Translations under genes and position numbers: made by a program
Part shown: positions 8,987 through 19,767 of the stretch, in pieces
Numbering within the stretch: position 1 is the first letter of the stretch
How the letters are laid out: each line of letters begins with the position of its first letter
NCBI RefSeq assembly: GCF_000012805.1
Contig: NC_007484.1
Span: forward strand, 2,640,001-2,672,000
DNA length: 32,000 nucleotides
Direction: 5' to 3'
From: Nitrosococcus oceani ATCC 19707
Lineage (GTDB): Bacteria > Pseudomonadota > Gammaproteobacteria > Nitrosococcales > Nitrosococcaceae
The notes under the pieces: model-generated
What the model saw: only the letters and a program-made list of their open reading frames with translations
Told to the model about the DNA's origin: nothing
Databases searched by the model: none

Positions 8987-9693
8987 ACGAAACACGGATT
9001 AATGTTGATCCCAATGAAATCGCTAAATTTGAGCAACTGGCGCACCGCTGGTGGGACCAGGAAGGAGAATTTAAGCCTCTCCATGATATCAATCCGTTAC
9101 GCCTAGAGTATATTCGCAATCACGCTTCCCTAGCTGGCAAACGGATACTAGACGTAGGTTGCGGCGGCGGTATTTTAACGGAAGAGCTGACTCGCCTTGG
9201 AGCCAAAGTAACAGGCATCGATTTAGGCAAGGCCCCTTTGTCAGTAGCGCGTTTGCACGCTCTGGAAGAAGGTTTAGAAATCGACTACCAACAAATAAGC
9301 GTGGAGCGGCTTGCAGAAACGAAAGCCGGATCTTTCGATGTTATCACTAATCTAGAGATGCTGGAGCATGTTCCCTATCCCGCCAGTGTCGTCGCTGCCT
9401 GTGGGCAACTTCTTAAACCAGGTGGAAAAGTATTTTTTTCTACTCTCAACCGCACACCAAAAGCTTATTTATTTGCCGTTATCGGTGCTGAATACGCGCT
9501 TCGCTTACTTCCGAAGGGCACTCATGATTATCATCGATTTATCCGGCCTGCTGAATTAGAAACCTGGTGCCGAAAAGGAGGCATAGAACTCCAAAATTTA
9601 ACGGGCTTACACTACAACCCCCTGACCCAGCGCTACCGACTCGGCAAGGATATCAATGTCAATTACCTTGCCTATGGCGCTAAAAAAGAATAA
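8983..9693 (+). CDS. ubiG: bifunctional 2-polyprenyl-6-hydroxyphenol methylase / 3-demethylubiquinol 3-O-methyltransferase
   Basis: 236 aa. N-terminus ...[29 protein letters not shown] and SAM motif [12 protein letters not shown]. Its ATG overlaps the mtaD TGA (ATGA at 8983-8986). Confidence 0.92.
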   Translation: MNETRINVDPNEIAKFEQLAHRWWDQEGEFKPLHDINPLRLEYIRNHASLAGKRILDVGCGGGILTEELTRLGAKVTGIDLGKAPLSVARLHALEEGLEIDYQQISVERLAETKAGSFDVITNLEMLEHVPYPASVVAACGQLLKPGGKVFFSTLNRTPKAYLFAVIGAEYALRLLPKGTHDYHRFIRPAELETWCRKGGIELQNLTGLHYNPLTQRYRLGKDINVNYLAYGAKKE

Positions 9694-9826
9694 CAATATT
9701 GCTAGAAAGATAAATCGAATTTTACGAAATTTAAAATTCTGGAGCTTGTAGCTAAATCTAATTCGTTTGCTCCACATAAACTCATTCAGCTTGCCGCATT
9801 GGCGTTTCTTAGCATAGGAATTTGCT

Positions 9827-10611
9827 TTAATAATAAGCCAATATAAGTTGGTCGATTGTTGTGTCAGAGGATATGCCTTCTTCGATGAAGGAGACAGTAG
9901 CTGTAGCCAACAGCTTGGACAAATGCAAGGCCAAAATCCAGCCTTTGTCCGGACTCAGCCAGTCAATCGCCCAGAACCCTTTCCTCAAGGGTGCCTTCAT
10001 CCAATGAAAAATTGCCGCAGCTGCCACCGATACCTGGTGGCGGCAACTTGTACCTTGATACCAAGGACCCGTCGTTATCAAATACGCTTTATCGTGGCCC
10101 CATTGCAGGCAAATAAAACCGTTCGGTCAGAAATCGCACGTACACTTCATCGCTAGGAAAACAGAGCTGCCACTCAAAAAAATCATTGCTTCGGCTTTCA
10201 TCACGGCCTCCGGTTTTTGCCCTTGTCTCAACTCATTAGGCAGAAGGAGATAAAAAGGCCGATTAATAAATTGCTCCAAAAGAGAATACTGCTAGCGGGT
10301 ATTGTCTGAGTAAAGGCGTAATGAGTAGGGTCAGCGCTTGACAGGAATACCCAAGAGATCCGGAGGAGTATAGCAGCAGAGTCAAACAGAGGTGCGAGGA
10401 TTATGGTAATCACTACTCGCCGTCTATCGGCAGCGGGCTGTGGGTCGTAACAATCTTCGGGAAGCGTATGAAGCTTCCTTCTCGCAGCAGGAGGGCCATG
10501 CCATCGGAGCGTAAGGAAGAGACAAGCCAAGCAAGCCATTTTAAACGCATTAATGGCATTCTCAAACAGCGGACTTCGCTTTGAGTTAGTAAAAAGAGCG
10601 GTTTTTAACGT
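9827..10611 (-). pseudogene. probable decayed IS4/IS5-superfamily DDE transposase remnant
   Basis: Minus-strand reading is broken into at least two frames (10611-10228, then about 10290-9827) with an in-frame TGA at 10127-10129. Fragments resemble conserved transposase blocks: ...AARRKLHTL..., ...VFLAMKCTCDF*PNGFICLQWGHDKAYL..., and the C-terminal CRHQVS....IFHWMKAPLRKGFW (compare CRWQVE-FFKWIK). The catalytic Glu position is substituted and there is an apparent internal deletion. Matches were made by eye only. Confidence 0.4.
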
Positions 10612-10618
10612 CTAAAAT

Positions 10619-11356
10619 TCATATAAATTTAATAGGAACTCCCACATCCAACTTAAAAAGTTCAGCTGCGCAGCCCTGGTTAACCGCAATCTCTATAAGA
10701 CCCAGAGAATTTACATACCAGAAGGCATCACCCATATCCACATCACTGAAAGTTTGTGCCGCAGAGATTAAATCCCCATTAGGCAATTGAACATGGCCTC
10801 GCCTGAACTTAGTTCCACAAATGCCCGTCATAGCATTCCCATAGTGATCAATATAGATGATTTCTTCAAGATCGCCTGGGTCTTTAGTAACTACCGCTTC
10901 ATCCCAACGCTGACCCAAAAACTCTTCGCCGCGTGGATTTTCAACCCTAGCCAGCTTAGCCACGACCGGTGCAAATAAATCTCGGCCATGGAAAGTTGCA
11001 GAAAGCGATGGGGGACGCCAGGTAATACGCCACAAAGCCGCGGTTAACGAACGTCCCATAACAACATCGAATAATCCATTCCCTGGACCGACATACCAAC
11101 GATCATCCGCACAAACTATAACTGGTTCTCGATCGCTAGAACCTACGCCGGGATCTACTACTGCAAAGACTACGGTACCAGGAGGTAGGTGCTGTCCCAG
11201 AGCCGCTAATAAATGTGCCGATGCATGGGGAGAAAATCGAGGGGCATCGGCCATAAGGTTAACGACAGGAATATTTGGAGCTTGCTGTTGAAGTACAATC
11301 CGTACCTGGCCAAGATAGGGACCGAGGATTCCGAAATCGGTAAAAAGGCCGATCAT
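10619..11356 (-). CDS. SAM hydrolase / SAM-dependent halogenase family protein (DUF62, S-adenosyl-L-methionine hydroxide adenosyltransferase-like)
   Basis: 245 aa. N-terminal FTDFG, VVDPGVGSSDREP and VGPGNGL motifs are characteristic of the DUF62/fluorinase-like fold. SD GAGG lies 7 nt upstream of the ATG. Confidence 0.8.
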   Translation of the reverse strand: MIGLFTDFGILGPYLGQVRIVLQQQAPNIPVVNLMADAPRFSPHASAHLLAALGQHLPPGTVVFAVVDPGVGSSDREPVIVCADDRWYVGPGNGLFDVVMGRSLTAALWRITWRPPSLSATFHGRDLFAPVVAKLARVENPRGEEFLGQRWDEAVVTKDPGDLEEIIYIDHYGNAMTGICGTKFRRGHVQLPNGDLISAAQTFSDVDMGDAFWYVNSLGLIEIAVNQGCAAELFKLDVGVPIKFI

Positions 11357-11456
11357 TTAAATACCTCGTAGCAAACTTAAGCGCATCCTTTATAAGAGTG
11401 CACCCTAAAAAAGCTGTAGAACCTTATTTCGTGTTGGAGATCCGTATTTAATACCT

Positions 11457-11837
11457 TCACTCCTCCTGTGAATCAGGGAGCGGGCGCTCAAGTAATTCCA
11501 CAATTGCCATCGGCGCATTATCTCCCGCCCGGAATCCTCTTTTCAGAATCCGGAGATATCCGCCAGGGCGAGCTTGGTAGCGAGGACCTAATTCATTGAA
11601 TAACTTGGTCACTGCCTTTCTATCACGCAAGCGCGAAAATACTAACCGCCGATTAGCCACCGAATCCTCTTTAGCCAGGGTAATCAATGGCTCCGCGACA
11701 CGGCGAAACTCTTTTGCTTTAGGCAGCGTCGTGTTGATCATTTCATGTTCAATTAGTGACACAGCCATATTACGGAACATCGCCTTTCGATGGGCACTAG
11801 TTCGGTTTAATCTTCTTCCACTATAGCGATGGCGCAT
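11457..11837 (-). CDS. rplQ: 50S ribosomal protein L17
   Basis: 126 aa. [24 protein letters not shown]...[11 protein letters not shown] is near-colinear with E. coli L17. Last gene of the alpha operon. Confidence 0.97.
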   Translation of the reverse strand: MRHRYSGRRLNRTSAHRKAMFRNMAVSLIEHEMINTTLPKAKEFRRVAEPLITLAKEDSVANRRLVFSRLRDRKAVTKLFNELGPRYQARPGGYLRILKRGFRAGDNAPMAIVELLERPLPDSQEE

Positions 11838-11872
11838 GAAATTATCCCTCTATTCGTTTCCAGACCATTGTC

Positions 11873-12880
11873 TCAAGCAGTAACTTTAGTTTCTTCTTCA
11901 CGTAGCCCCGCCGGCGGCCAATTTTCTAAGCGCATACCTAAAGATAGCCCCCGCAATGTCAATACATCTTTAATTTCCGTTAGCGATTTCTTACCCAAAT
12001 TAGGAGTTTTTAATAACTCAACCTCCGTTTTCTGAATAAGATCGCCAATATAGTAAATATTTTCTGCTTTAAGACAATTTGCTGAACGTACCGTCAATTC
12101 CAGATCGTCTATCGGCTGTAATAGCACAGGATCAATCTCGGCCGCCTTTTTCTCTTTAGCCGTTTCAATTTTACCTTCCAACTCAACAAAAGCCGTTAGC
12201 TGATCTTGCAGAATGGTTGCAGCCTTTCGTACTGCTTCATCCGGGGCGATAGTACCATTCGTTTCGATCTCTATAATCAGCTTATCTAAATCGGTTCGCT
12301 GCTCAACGCGGGCACTATCTACTTCATAAGTCACTCTTCGGATAGGGCTAAACGAAGCATCAAGAATTAGGTGCCCGATAGAGCGTTCATCCTCTTCCTT
12401 AGGAATTCGCATGGAAGCTGACTGATAACCTCGGCCACGGACAACCTTCATAGTAAGGTTAAGTTCACCAGATTTAGTGAGATGAGCAATAACGTGCTCA
12501 GGATTAATAACCTCTACATCATGCTCCAGTTGAATATCTCCCGCAGTCACCGTTACCGGCCCTTTACTGCTCAAATTCAAGGTGACTTCATCACGGCCAT
12601 GCAACTTGACTGCAACTCCTTTAAGATTAAGCAGGATTTCCGTCATATCCTCCTGCACCCCTTCCTTGGTGGTATATTCATGTAACACACCATCAATTTG
12701 CGCTTCGATAATGGCACAGCCTGGCATTGAAGATAGTAAGATTCGGCGCAGAGCATTGCCCAAGGTATGCCCGAATCCGCGTTCTAGCGGTTCTAAAGTA
12801 ACCTTAGTTGCGTAATCATTTATACGCTGGACATCCACTATCCTGGGCTTAAGAAAATTAGATACTTGCATGGGTAGCAC
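11873..12880 (-). CDS. rpoA: DNA-directed RNA polymerase subunit alpha
   Basis: 335 aa with ...[10 protein letters not shown]... at the N-terminus and a [25 protein letters not shown]. The track start is GTG 12880 (GAGG 6 nt upstream). ATG 12871 ([10 protein letters not shown]) aligns better with the E. coli N-terminus, so the start is ambiguous by 9 nt. Confidence 0.95.
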   Translation of the reverse strand: MLPMQVSNFLKPRIVDVQRINDYATKVTLEPLERGFGHTLGNALRRILLSSMPGCAIIEAQIDGVLHEYTTKEGVQEDMTEILLNLKGVAVKLHGRDEVTLNLSSKGPVTVTAGDIQLEHDVEVINPEHVIAHLTKSGELNLTMKVVRGRGYQSASMRIPKEEDERSIGHLILDASFSPIRRVTYEVDSARVEQRTDLDKLIIEIETNGTIAPDEAVRKAATILQDQLTAFVELEGKIETAKEKKAAEIDPVLLQPIDDLELTVRSANCLKAENIYYIGDLIQKTEVELLKTPNLGKKSLTEIKDVLTLRGLSLGMRLENWPPAGLREEETKVTA

Positions 12881-12964
12881 ACTTCCCCTCTAGGAATTAA
12901 TATCGCACCGGAAGTATGTTAAGACGCGAGCGCGCCCTCTATAGGATATAGGTATTTTATTTCC

Positions 12965-13591
12965 TTACTTCGAATAAAGTTCAACGACCAAATTTTCCTG
13001 AATATCGGGGGCAAGCTCACTTCGTTCCGGTACCCTTTTAAATACACCCTCTAACTTACCCGCGTTAATTTCTATCCACTCGGCTTCTGCCCGTGCCTGG
13101 GCTAGCTCAAGCGCAAATTTTATCCGGTCTTGCCTCTTGGCTTTTTCCCTAACAGCCACCACATCCTCAGCCCGTACCTGATATGAGGGAATGTTAATTC
13201 CTTGCCCGTTAACAAGAACCCCCTTATGGTTAATAAGCTGCCGTGCCTCGGCACGGGTGCTTCCGAATCCCATTCTATAAACTACATTATCAAGGCGAGA
13301 CTCAAGCAGCTTAAGTAAATTTTCACCCGTAGACCCCTTTCGCCGGGCTGCCTCCTTGTAATAGCGCCGAAATTGCCTCTCTAATACCCCATACATGCGG
13401 CGCAGCTTCTGTTTTTCGCGTAGCTGCAGAGCGTAATCTGACATACGGGCACGTCTTGCCCCCGCTCCATGCTGGCCAGGCACCTGCTCGATCTTGCACT
13501 TGGAATCAATGGGGCGAACACCACTCTTTAAAAATAAATCTGTACCTTCCCGCCGTGCCTGCTTGAGTTTAGGACCCGTATATTTAGCCAA
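12965..13591 (-). CDS. rpsD: 30S ribosomal protein S4
   Basis: 208 aa, [24 protein letters not shown]..., in the alpha-operon position. Confidence 0.97.
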   Translation of the reverse strand: MAKYTGPKLKQARREGTDLFLKSGVRPIDSKCKIEQVPGQHGAGARRARMSDYALQLREKQKLRRMYGVLERQFRRYYKEAARRKGSTGENLLKLLESRLDNVVYRMGFGSTRAEARQLINHKGVLVNGQGINIPSYQVRAEDVVAVREKAKRQDRIKFALELAQARAEAEWIEINAGKLEGVFKRVPERSELAPDIQENLVVELYSK

Positions 13592-13606
13592 CTTTAACTC
13601 TCCTTA

Positions 13607-13990
13607 TTAAACCCTTCGCTTTTTAGGGGGACGACATCCATTGTGGGGGATGGGTGTAATATCCGCGATATTTGTAACCTTAAATCCCACATTATTCAAA
13701 GATCGAGCAGCAGACTCACGCCCTGGCCCTGGTCCTTTAACTCGAACTTCTAAATTTTTCATGCCCATCTCTTGGACTATCCGTCCAGCTTTTTCTGCGG
13801 CTACTTGAGCAGCAAACGGCGTACTTTTCCGCGAGCCTCGAAAACCGCTACCCCCCGAAGTCGCCCATGCCAAGGTATTTCCCTGACGGTCAGTAATCGT
13901 CACGATCGTATTGTTAAAAGAGGCATGAATATGGGCGATACCATCAGATACAACCCTTTTCACTCGTTTCTTTGTGCTTGTTTTTGCCAT
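13607..13990 (-). CDS. rpsK: 30S ribosomal protein S11
   Basis: 127 aa, ...[22 protein letters not shown]...[13 protein letters not shown]. Confidence 0.97.
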   Translation of the reverse strand: MAKTSTKKRVKRVVSDGIAHIHASFNNTIVTITDRQGNTLAWATSGGSGFRGSRKSTPFAAQVAAEKAGRIVQEMGMKNLEVRVKGPGPGRESAARSLNNVGFKVTNIADITPIPHNGCRPPKKRRV

Positions 13991-14012
13991 GTGCGTAGTA
14001 CTCTGCTTCTTT

Positions 14013-14369
14013 CTATTTCCTAGCTAATCGCCGCGGGCCCTTACGTGTCCTTGCGTTTGTCTGAGTACGCTGTCCTCGCACTGGAAGCCCCCTGCGATGG
14101 CGGATCCCCCGGTAACAACCCAAGTCCATTAGTCGTTTAATATCCATGCTTATTTCACGCCGCAGATCTCCCTCCACGGGATACTTAGCAACTTCAGCGC
14201 GTAACCCCTCTAGTTCATTGTCGGAAAGATCCCTAATCTTTTTATCAGAGGGTACGCCAACCGCTCCGCAGATCTTACGAGCGCGGCTTAACCCTATTCC
14301 ATAAATAGAGCTAAGCGCAATTACCGTGTGCTTATGCACCGGGATATTAATTCCAGCAATACGGGCCAT
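14013..14369 (-). CDS. rpsM: 30S ribosomal protein S13
   Basis: 118 aa, [26 protein letters not shown]... Confidence 0.97.
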   Translation of the reverse strand: MARIAGINIPVHKHTVIALSSIYGIGLSRARKICGAVGVPSDKKIRDLSDNELEGLRAEVAKYPVEGDLRREISMDIKRLMDLGCYRGIRHRRGLPVRGQRTQTNARTRKGPRRLARK

Positions 14370-14412
14370 TTAAGGTCTCCACAAAGAGGTGGTCAGTTAT
14401 GCTTTGCATAAC
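14370..14412 (-). promoter_or_regulatory. rpsM 5' leader with stem-loop; candidate alpha-operon (S4) translational operator region
   Basis: On the minus strand, GTTATGC-AAA-GCATAAC (14412-14396) forms a 7-bp stem at the predicted 5' end. It is followed by CCAC-CTCTTT-GTGG, which overlaps the GGAG SD (14380-14377), then 7 nt to the ATG. In E. coli the equivalent leader is the S4 autoregulatory site. Confidence 0.35.
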
Positions 14413-14417
14413 ATATC

Positions 14418-14447
14418 ATTATATCTTATAAATTAAGATACCGACAA
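14418..14447 (-). promoter_or_regulatory. candidate sigma70 promoter of the alpha operon
   Basis: Minus strand: -35 TTGTCG (14447-14442), 18-nt spacer, perfect -10 TATAAT (14423-14418). Lies in the 111-nt rpmJ-rpsM gap, the longest gap inside the ribosomal cluster. Confidence 0.45.
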
Positions 14448-14480
14448 CTACTATCTTAATCAGGTTACTCTAGGGATATT

Positions 14481-14594
14481 TCATCCCTGACGTTGCTTAT
14501 GCCGGGCATCTTTACATATAACCCGCACTACGCCCTTCCGGCGCACAACTTTGCAATGACGGCAAACCTTTTTTACCGAAGCACGAACCTTCAT
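14481..14594 (-). CDS. rpmJ: 50S ribosomal protein L36
   Basis: Absent from the ORF track (under 60 aa). Minus-strand ATG 14594 to TGA 14481 gives [37 protein letters not shown] (37 aa), with a CxxC...C...H zinc ribbon. Canonical position between secY and rpsM. Confidence 0.93.
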   Translation of the reverse strand: MKVRASVKKVCRHCKVVRRKGVVRVICKDARHKQRQG

Positions 14595-14619
14595 TAACTT
14601 TCTCCCGTCCCTTTATCAA

Positions 14620-15981
14620 TCAATGTAATAGGCTCCCAGTAGTTGCTCCACTTCCCTTTAATTGCGATTTTTTAAGTAAGCTCTCATATTGATGAGACAT
14701 CAAATGCGCCTGCACCTGAGCGACAAAATCCATAACAACAACCACAATAATCAGTAAGGAGGTACCCCCAAAATAAAACGGAACATTCCAATACAAAATC
14801 AAGAACTCGGGTAAAAGGCATACCGCAGTAACATAGATTGCGCCACCCAAGGTAAGCCGACCCATAACGGTATCGATATACCGAGTAGTCTGCACTCCCG
14901 GCCGTATTCCGGGGATAAATGCCCCCGATTTCTTTAAATTATCCGCTGTCTCTTTTGGGTTGAATACCAACGCTGTATAAAAGAAACAAAAGAAGATGAT
15001 AGCTATAGCATACAGGAGAACATAAATAGGTTGTCCTGGAGAAAGAGTAGCAGACAAATCCCTGAGCCAGCCCATCCCTTCACTAGCACCAAACCAACTC
15101 GATACCGTTGCCGGAAATAAAATAATGCTTGATGCGAAAATAGGGGGAATAACGCCTGACATATTAATTTTTAACGGCAAATGACTCACCTGCCCCCCGA
15201 AAACTTTTCTTCCATGCTGCTGTTTAGCATAATGCACCAAGATGCGTCGTTGGGCCCGTTCCATAAAAACCACAAAAGCCGTAACTAATAGAGCTAATGT
15301 CAAAAGCACCAATACTGTGAAAGTATGTAATTCACCAGTTCGTGCTAACTCTAACGTTCCACCAAGCGCCGAAGGCAACCCAGCAACAATTGCTGCAAAG
15401 ATAATTAGCGAAATTCCATTTCCTATACCCCGTTCTGTAATTTGCTCGCCTAGCCACATTAAAAATAAAGCTCCAGTAACCAACGTTATTACCGCTGTTA
15501 CTCTGAAAATCAGGCCCGGCTCGATAACGACAGAAGCGCCTCCAACTTGTTGGGACTCCAACGCAATAGTTACCCCTACCGCTTGTATAGCAGACAATAC
15601 CAACGTGCCATAGCGTGTATACTGGGTAATTTTTCGCCGCCCCGAGGCACCCTCTTTTCGAAGCTGCTCTAATTTTGGATGAACCGCCGTTAGCAGCTGC
15701 ATAATGATGGAAGCCGAAATATACGGCATAATCCCTAATGCAAAGACCGATAAGCGCTCTAACGCTCCTCCAGAAAACATGTTAAACATGTCTAGTATAG
15801 TGCCGCGCTGTTGCTCAAACAGCGTAGCCAGCGTTACCGGATCAATCCCCGGCACAGGAATAAATGTGCCAACCCGGTAAACTAGCAGAGCACCTATAAC
15901 AAATAGTAGTCTTTGGCGCAACTCAACTAATTTGCCGGAAGAACTTCGATCAAATGACTTTTTGGAGGCGCGTTTCGCCAC
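14620..15981 (-). CDS. secY: preprotein translocase subunit SecY
   Basis: 453 aa, ...[28 protein letters not shown]..., with 10 TM-type hydrophobic segments. Follows rplO. Confidence 0.97.
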   Translation of the reverse strand: MAKRASKKSFDRSSSGKLVELRQRLLFVIGALLVYRVGTFIPVPGIDPVTLATLFEQQRGTILDMFNMFSGGALERLSVFALGIMPYISASIIMQLLTAVHPKLEQLRKEGASGRRKITQYTRYGTLVLSAIQAVGVTIALESQQVGGASVVIEPGLIFRVTAVITLVTGALFLMWLGEQITERGIGNGISLIIFAAIVAGLPSALGGTLELARTGELHTFTVLVLLTLALLVTAFVVFMERAQRRILVHYAKQQHGRKVFGGQVSHLPLKINMSGVIPPIFASSIILFPATVSSWFGASEGMGWLRDLSATLSPGQPIYVLLYAIAIIFFCFFYTALVFNPKETADNLKKSGAFIPGIRPGVQTTRYIDTVMGRLTLGGAIYVTAVCLLPEFLILYWNVPFYFGGTSLLIIVVVVMDFVAQVQAHLMSHQYESLLKKSQLKGSGATTGSLLH

Positions 15982-15983
15982 GG

Positions 15984-16418
15984 TTACTCTCCGATGCGGC
16001 CGCCTGCCGCTTCAATAGCTCTGCGTGCGCCTGCAGATACCATAATTCCCTGCAGACTTACCGGCTTATCAAGCTTACCCGACGCAATCACTTTAACCCG
16101 TTTAGCCCATTTTGGAATCAATCTGGCTTTCACAAGGGCGGCAATATCTACCGTATCAGTGTTTACTTTTGTAAGCTGGTCTAAGCGCACCTCAACTCTG
16201 AAACGAGCCTTACGCGAACTAAAGCCAAATTTAGGAACGCGCCTTTGTAAGGGCATCTGACCGCCCTCGAAGCCAACCTTATGAAAACCTCCTGATCGCG
16301 ATTTTTGGCCCTTATGCCCACGACCACAAGTTTTGCCCCAGCCAGATCCAATGCCGCGGCCAACGCGCTTTTCCGCCTGCTTGGCACCGGGAGCTGAAGA
16401 GATCGTATTTAATCGCAT
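15984..16418 (-). CDS. rplO: 50S ribosomal protein L15
   Basis: 144 aa, [44 protein letters not shown]... Confidence 0.97.
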   Translation of the reverse strand: MRLNTISSAPGAKQAEKRVGRGIGSGWGKTCGRGHKGQKSRSGGFHKVGFEGGQMPLQRRVPKFGFSSRKARFRVEVRLDQLTKVNTDTVDIAALVKARLIPKWAKRVKVIASGKLDKPVSLQGIMVSAGARRAIEAAGGRIGE

Positions 16419-16419
16419 T

Positions 16420-16611
16420 TTAGCCTTCCTCTAACTTCAAAAGGTAAGACACCTTTTGGATCATTCCTCGATTTTCAGGAGTGTCAATAACCTCAACCGT
16501 TTGGCCAATCTTGCGAAGCCCTAAACCAGCAACACATGCCTTATGTCGCACTAATCGCCCAATAGTGCTTCTTACTAACGTTACCCTAAGCGTTCTCTTT
16601 TGCGCCGCCAT
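16420..16611 (-). CDS. rpmD: 50S ribosomal protein L30
   Basis: 63 aa, ...[48 protein letters not shown]. Its ATG overlaps the rpsE TAA by 1 nt (TAATG). Confidence 0.95.
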   Translation of the reverse strand: MAAQKRTLRVTLVRSTIGRLVRHKACVAGLGLRKIGQTVEVIDTPENRGMIQKVSYLLKLEEG

Positions 16612-17123
16612 TATCCACCACCCACGATCTCTTCGAGATTTTTTCCCCGCTTAGCTGCAATGGCTTCCGGACTCGACATCTGTACAAGCCCCTTAACGGT
16701 AGCTTGCACAACGTTCACGGGATTCGCAGAACCTATACATTTGGCCAGAACGTTATGAACGCCCACAACCTCGAAAACAGCACGCATTGCGCCTCCAGCA
16801 ATAATCCCGGTTCCCTCAGAAGCGGGTTGCATGTGAACCTTCGCGGCACCATGACGAGCAGTAATTGGATGTTGCAACGTATCCCCTTCTAGGGGGACCG
16901 AGATCATATTCTTTCTCGCATTTTCCATGGCCTTTTGAATAGCAACGGGAACCTCGCGGGCTTTACCTCGGCCAAATCCAACACGCCCCTTCCCGTCTCC
17001 TACCACCGTTAAGGCCGAAAAGCCAAATTGACGTCCACCCTTCACAACTTTAGCAACACGTCTCACGCCAACCAGTTTCTCCAGTAATCCATCTCCGGTC
17101 GCCCGGCGATCTGTCTGTGCCAT
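16611..17123 (-). CDS. rpsE: 30S ribosomal protein S5
   Basis: 170 aa, ...[40 protein letters not shown]... Confidence 0.97.
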   Translation of the reverse strand: MAQTDRRATGDGLLEKLVGVRRVAKVVKGGRQFGFSALTVVGDGKGRVGFGRGKAREVPVAIQKAMENARKNMISVPLEGDTLQHPITARHGAAKVHMQPASEGTGIIAGGAMRAVFEVVGVHNVLAKCIGSANPVNVVQATVKGLVQMSSPEAIAAKRGKNLEEIVGGG

Positions 17124-17137
17124 CAGAGTTTCAACCC

Positions 17138-17491
17138 TTAAAACTGTAATCCACCTTCCCGGGCCGCATCCGCTAATGCCTTTACCCGACCATGGTACTT
17201 GTAGCCAGAACGGTCAAAGGCAACCTTAGCAATACCCTTCGCCTTAGCCCGCTCGGCAATCGTCTTGCCAACGGTAATCGCTGCTTCTTTGTTGCCAGTG
17301 TTCTTAAGCTGTTGCTTCAGCATTGACTCTACCGTGGAAGCACTCGCAACGACATTTCCATCCGCTGGCTTGATTATTTGCACATAAATATGCTTAGGAG
17401 TGCGGTGAACCGTTAATCGCACCACTCCCAGCTCATGAATTTTATGCCGTGTTTTAGCCGCACGCCGTAATCTTGCTGTTTTTTTATCCAC
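17138..17491 (-). CDS. rplR: 50S ribosomal protein L18
   Basis: The track ORF (to 17542) overlaps rplF. GTG at 17491, preceded by AGGAAGG, gives (M)[17 protein letters not shown]... of 117 aa, colinear with E. coli L18 (MDKKSARIRRA...). Confidence 0.93.
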   Translation of the reverse strand: MDKKTARLRRAAKTRHKIHELGVVRLTVHRTPKHIYVQIIKPADGNVVASASTVESMLKQQLKNTGNKEAAITVGKTIAERAKAKGIAKVAFDRSGYKYHGRVKALADAAREGGLQF

Positions 17492-17513
17492 ATTACCTTC
17501 CTGCCTATAAACT

Positions 17514-18050
17514 CTATTTTTTCTTCGCTTCCTTGCGCACAACTACTTCGTCTGCATAGCGAACCCCTTTTCCCTTATAAGGTTCAGGTGGCCTGAATCT
17601 GCGAATGTTCGCCGCAGCCTGTCCGACTTGCTGCTTATCATATCCTTTGACGATGATTTCGGTCGGACTAGGTACCTCAATAGTAAGACCCTCTGGCGCA
17701 GTAAATTCAACGGGATGAGAATAACCCAAACTAAGCACAAGCTTCCGCCCTTGTAGCTGCGCCCGGTAACCCACCCCAACTAGCTGCAAACGCCGCTCAA
17801 AGCCTTGGCTAACTCCCTGTACCATATTATTTATTAGGGCGCGGGTCGTACCTCTAAGAGCATTTACTCGCTTATCTGTACTCTTCGCTGAAAAGCGTAG
17901 CGTTTCCCCATCTTGGACTACCTGTATCAAGGGATGAATAGCAAAAGCAAGAGAACCCTTTGCACCCTTTACCTTAATGTCATTATCCCCAGAAAGCGTG
18001 ACTTCGACCCCCTTCGGGATCGACACGGGATTATCAGCAATTCTCGACAT
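17514..18050 (-). CDS. rplF: 50S ribosomal protein L6
   Basis: 178 aa, [17 protein letters not shown]...[24 protein letters not shown]. Confidence 0.97.
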   Translation of the reverse strand: MSRIADNPVSIPKGVEVTLSGDNDIKVKGAKGSLAFAIHPLIQVVQDGETLRFSAKSTDKRVNALRGTTRALINNMVQGVSQGFERRLQLVGVGYRAQLQGRKLVLSLGYSHPVEFTAPEGLTIEVPSPTEIIVKGYDKQQVGQAAANIRRFRPPEPYKGKGVRYADEVVVRKEAKKK

Positions 18051-18065
18051 GCTTCCCTACCTCTT

Positions 18066-18458
18066 TTAGGCAACGTAGCATAATACTTCGCCGCCTTCCC
18101 CAATGGATCTCGCGGTTTTATCCGTCATAACACCGCGAGATGTAGAGACAATAGCAATACCTAACCCGCCACGTATTCTAGGCAGTTTATCTCTGCTTTT
18201 ATACATACGCAGCCCTGGACGGCTCGCCCGATGGATATCCTCAATCACTGGCTTGCCTCCATAATACTTTAAGCGTATTACTAACGTAGGCTTTGCATCA
18301 GCTATCACCTTACAATCTTCGATATAGCCTTCTTCCTTTAGTACACGAGCAATACTTACCTTCAATTTGGACGAAGGCATACTAACTTCTACCTTGCCTG
18401 CATTCTGACCATTGCGCACTCGTGTCAGCATGTCCGAGATTGGATCGGTCATACTCAT
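18066..18458 (-). CDS. rpsH: 30S ribosomal protein S8
   Basis: 130 aa, [22 protein letters not shown]... Confidence 0.97.
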   Translation of the reverse strand: MSMTDPISDMLTRVRNGQNAGKVEVSMPSSKLKVSIARVLKEEGYIEDCKVIADAKPTLVIRLKYYGGKPVIEDIHRASRPGLRMYKSRDKLPRIRGGLGIAIVSTSRGVMTDKTARSIGEGGEVLCYVA

Positions 18459-18515
18459 GGTATTTTCTAGCCCCTTTATGCTCTTAAAATTTTGATGATA
18501 TTTAAACTAGAGGCG

Positions 18516-18821
18516 TTACCAACTAGCCTTAACTAGGCCTGGAACATCTCCACGCATAGCCACCTCACGGAGCCTATTACGGGATAGACCAAATTTACGT
18601 ATATAACCGCGAGGCCTTCCCGTTGAACGGCAACGTCTCCGTTGGCGCACCGGCGAAGAGTCTCTAGGTAAACTATGGAATTTAAGCATTACCCTTTGCC
18701 GTTCTTCCGGACTGAGGCTTTCATCCCTCATCTGCGTTTTTAGCTCTATACGTCTAGCCGCGTATTTGCGCGCCACGCGTATCCGCTTCAGCTCTCTGTT
18801 AATCATGCACTTTTTTGACAT
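18516..18821 (-). CDS. rpsN: 30S ribosomal protein S14 (long, non-zinc form)
   Basis: The track ORF is over-extended into rplE. ATG 18821 gives [20 protein letters not shown]...[51 protein letters not shown], 101 aa as in E. coli S14. Confidence 0.93.
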   Translation of the reverse strand: MSKKCMINRELKRIRVARKYAARRIELKTQMRDESLSPEERQRVMLKFHSLPRDSSPVRQRRRCRSTGRPRGYIRKFGLSRNRLREVAMRGDVPGLVKASW

Positions 18822-18840
18822 CGCTAACCTTCTAGCCCCG

Positions 18841-19386
18841 CTAAGTATGAGTTCTAAACGGAAAATTAAATGCTCTAAGCAATGCTTGGCCTTCCTCATC
18901 CGTTTTTGCTGTAGTTGTTATCGTGATATTCATTCCCCTTATAGCATCGATCTGGTCATAGTCGATCTCTGGGAAAATAATCTGCTCACGAATACCCATA
19001 TTATAGTTACCCCTCCCATCAAAAGACTTTGGACTAAGTCCACGGAAGTCCCGAATTCGAGGAATCGCTATATTAATTAGCCGGTCTAAAAATTCGTACA
19101 TTTGCTTGCGGCGCAAGGTGACTTTACAACCGATAGGCCAATCCTCCCGGATTTTAAATCCGGCTACCGACTTGCGTGCACGGGTGAGCACCGGTTTCTG
19201 GCCAGAAATCCTAGCCATATCACCCATTACTCGCTCCAAGATTTTTTTATCTCCGACCGCCTCTCCAGCCCCTATATTCAAGGTAATCTTTTCGATTCGG
19301 GGCACTGCCATAACCGACTGACAACCAAGACGCTCCCGTAACTGGTTAATAACCGTATCCCGATAATGTTTTTGCAACCTTGCCAT
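18841..19386 (-). CDS. rplE: 50S ribosomal protein L5
   Basis: 181 aa, [16 protein letters not shown]...[15 protein letters not shown]... Confidence 0.97.
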   Translation of the reverse strand: MARLQKHYRDTVINQLRERLGCQSVMAVPRIEKITLNIGAGEAVGDKKILERVMGDMARISGQKPVLTRARKSVAGFKIREDWPIGCKVTLRRKQMYEFLDRLINIAIPRIRDFRGLSPKSFDGRGNYNMGIREQIIFPEIDYDQIDAIRGMNITITTTAKTDEEGQALLRAFNFPFRTHT

Positions 19387-19438
19387 ACTAATCTACCGCT
19401 GAGCCCTGGAATAAATTCAAGCAACCCTGGACGCTTCT

Positions 19439-19756
19439 CTAAACGTCAATGATTTCATCATTTGATTTGAAATAACGCACCTTACGACCATCCTCCAACC
19501 TCCTAAAACCAATCCGATCCCCTTTCTCCGTAGCCGGATTGTAAAGCATGACATTAGAGATATGTATCGACGCCTCCCGCTCAATAATTCCCCCGGGCTT
19601 ATTAGCGGTCGGATTAGGCCGGGTATGTCGCTTTACCATGTTGACATCTTGTACAATCACACGCTCATCGCCTAATATGCGTAAAATTTTTCCTTGCTTC
19701 CCTTTACTCCTCCCGGCGGTAACGATAACCTCATCGCCTACCCTAACTCTGCGCAT
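19439..19756 (-). CDS. rplX: 50S ribosomal protein L24
   Basis: [24 protein letters not shown]... ATG 19756 has GGAG 7 nt upstream. The track start 19759 is a GTG one codon further up. Confidence 0.95.
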   Translation of the reverse strand: MRRVRVGDEVIVTAGRSKGKQGKILRILGDERVIVQDVNMVKRHTRPNPTANKPGGIIEREASIHISNVMLYNPATEKGDRIGFRRLEDGRKVRYFKSNDEIIDV

Positions 19757-19767
19757 CACTATTCTCC

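Noticed and set aside
10340-10390. UCCGGAGGAG...AGCAGC resembling the conserved SRP (4.5S) RNA domain IV motif
   Set aside because: The highly conserved GGUCCGGAAGGAAGCAGCC core is interrupted, and no complementary 5'/3' helix flanks it. It lies inside the transposase-like remnant.
9848-10539. Track ORFs 9848..10156 (+), 9827..10081 (-) and 10228..10539 (-) as intact genes
   Set aside because: They use TTG-type starts, have no SD and have odd composition. The minus-strand ones are better explained as fragments of one broken transposase reading frame, and the + strand one is its antisense shadow.
9717-10620. GAATTTTA (9717-9724) and TAAAATTC (10613-10620) as terminal inverted repeats of the decayed IS
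   Set aside because: Only 8 AT-rich bp match and the similarity does not extend. The right copy overlaps the DUF62 stop codon, and the left copy is also half of a local AT hairpin (9717-9739). Chance cannot be excluded.
11357-11456. Rho-independent terminator after rplQ
   Set aside because: A T6 run is present on the minus strand (AGCTTTTTTAG), but I could not pair a stem immediately upstream of it. It is not called as a feature.
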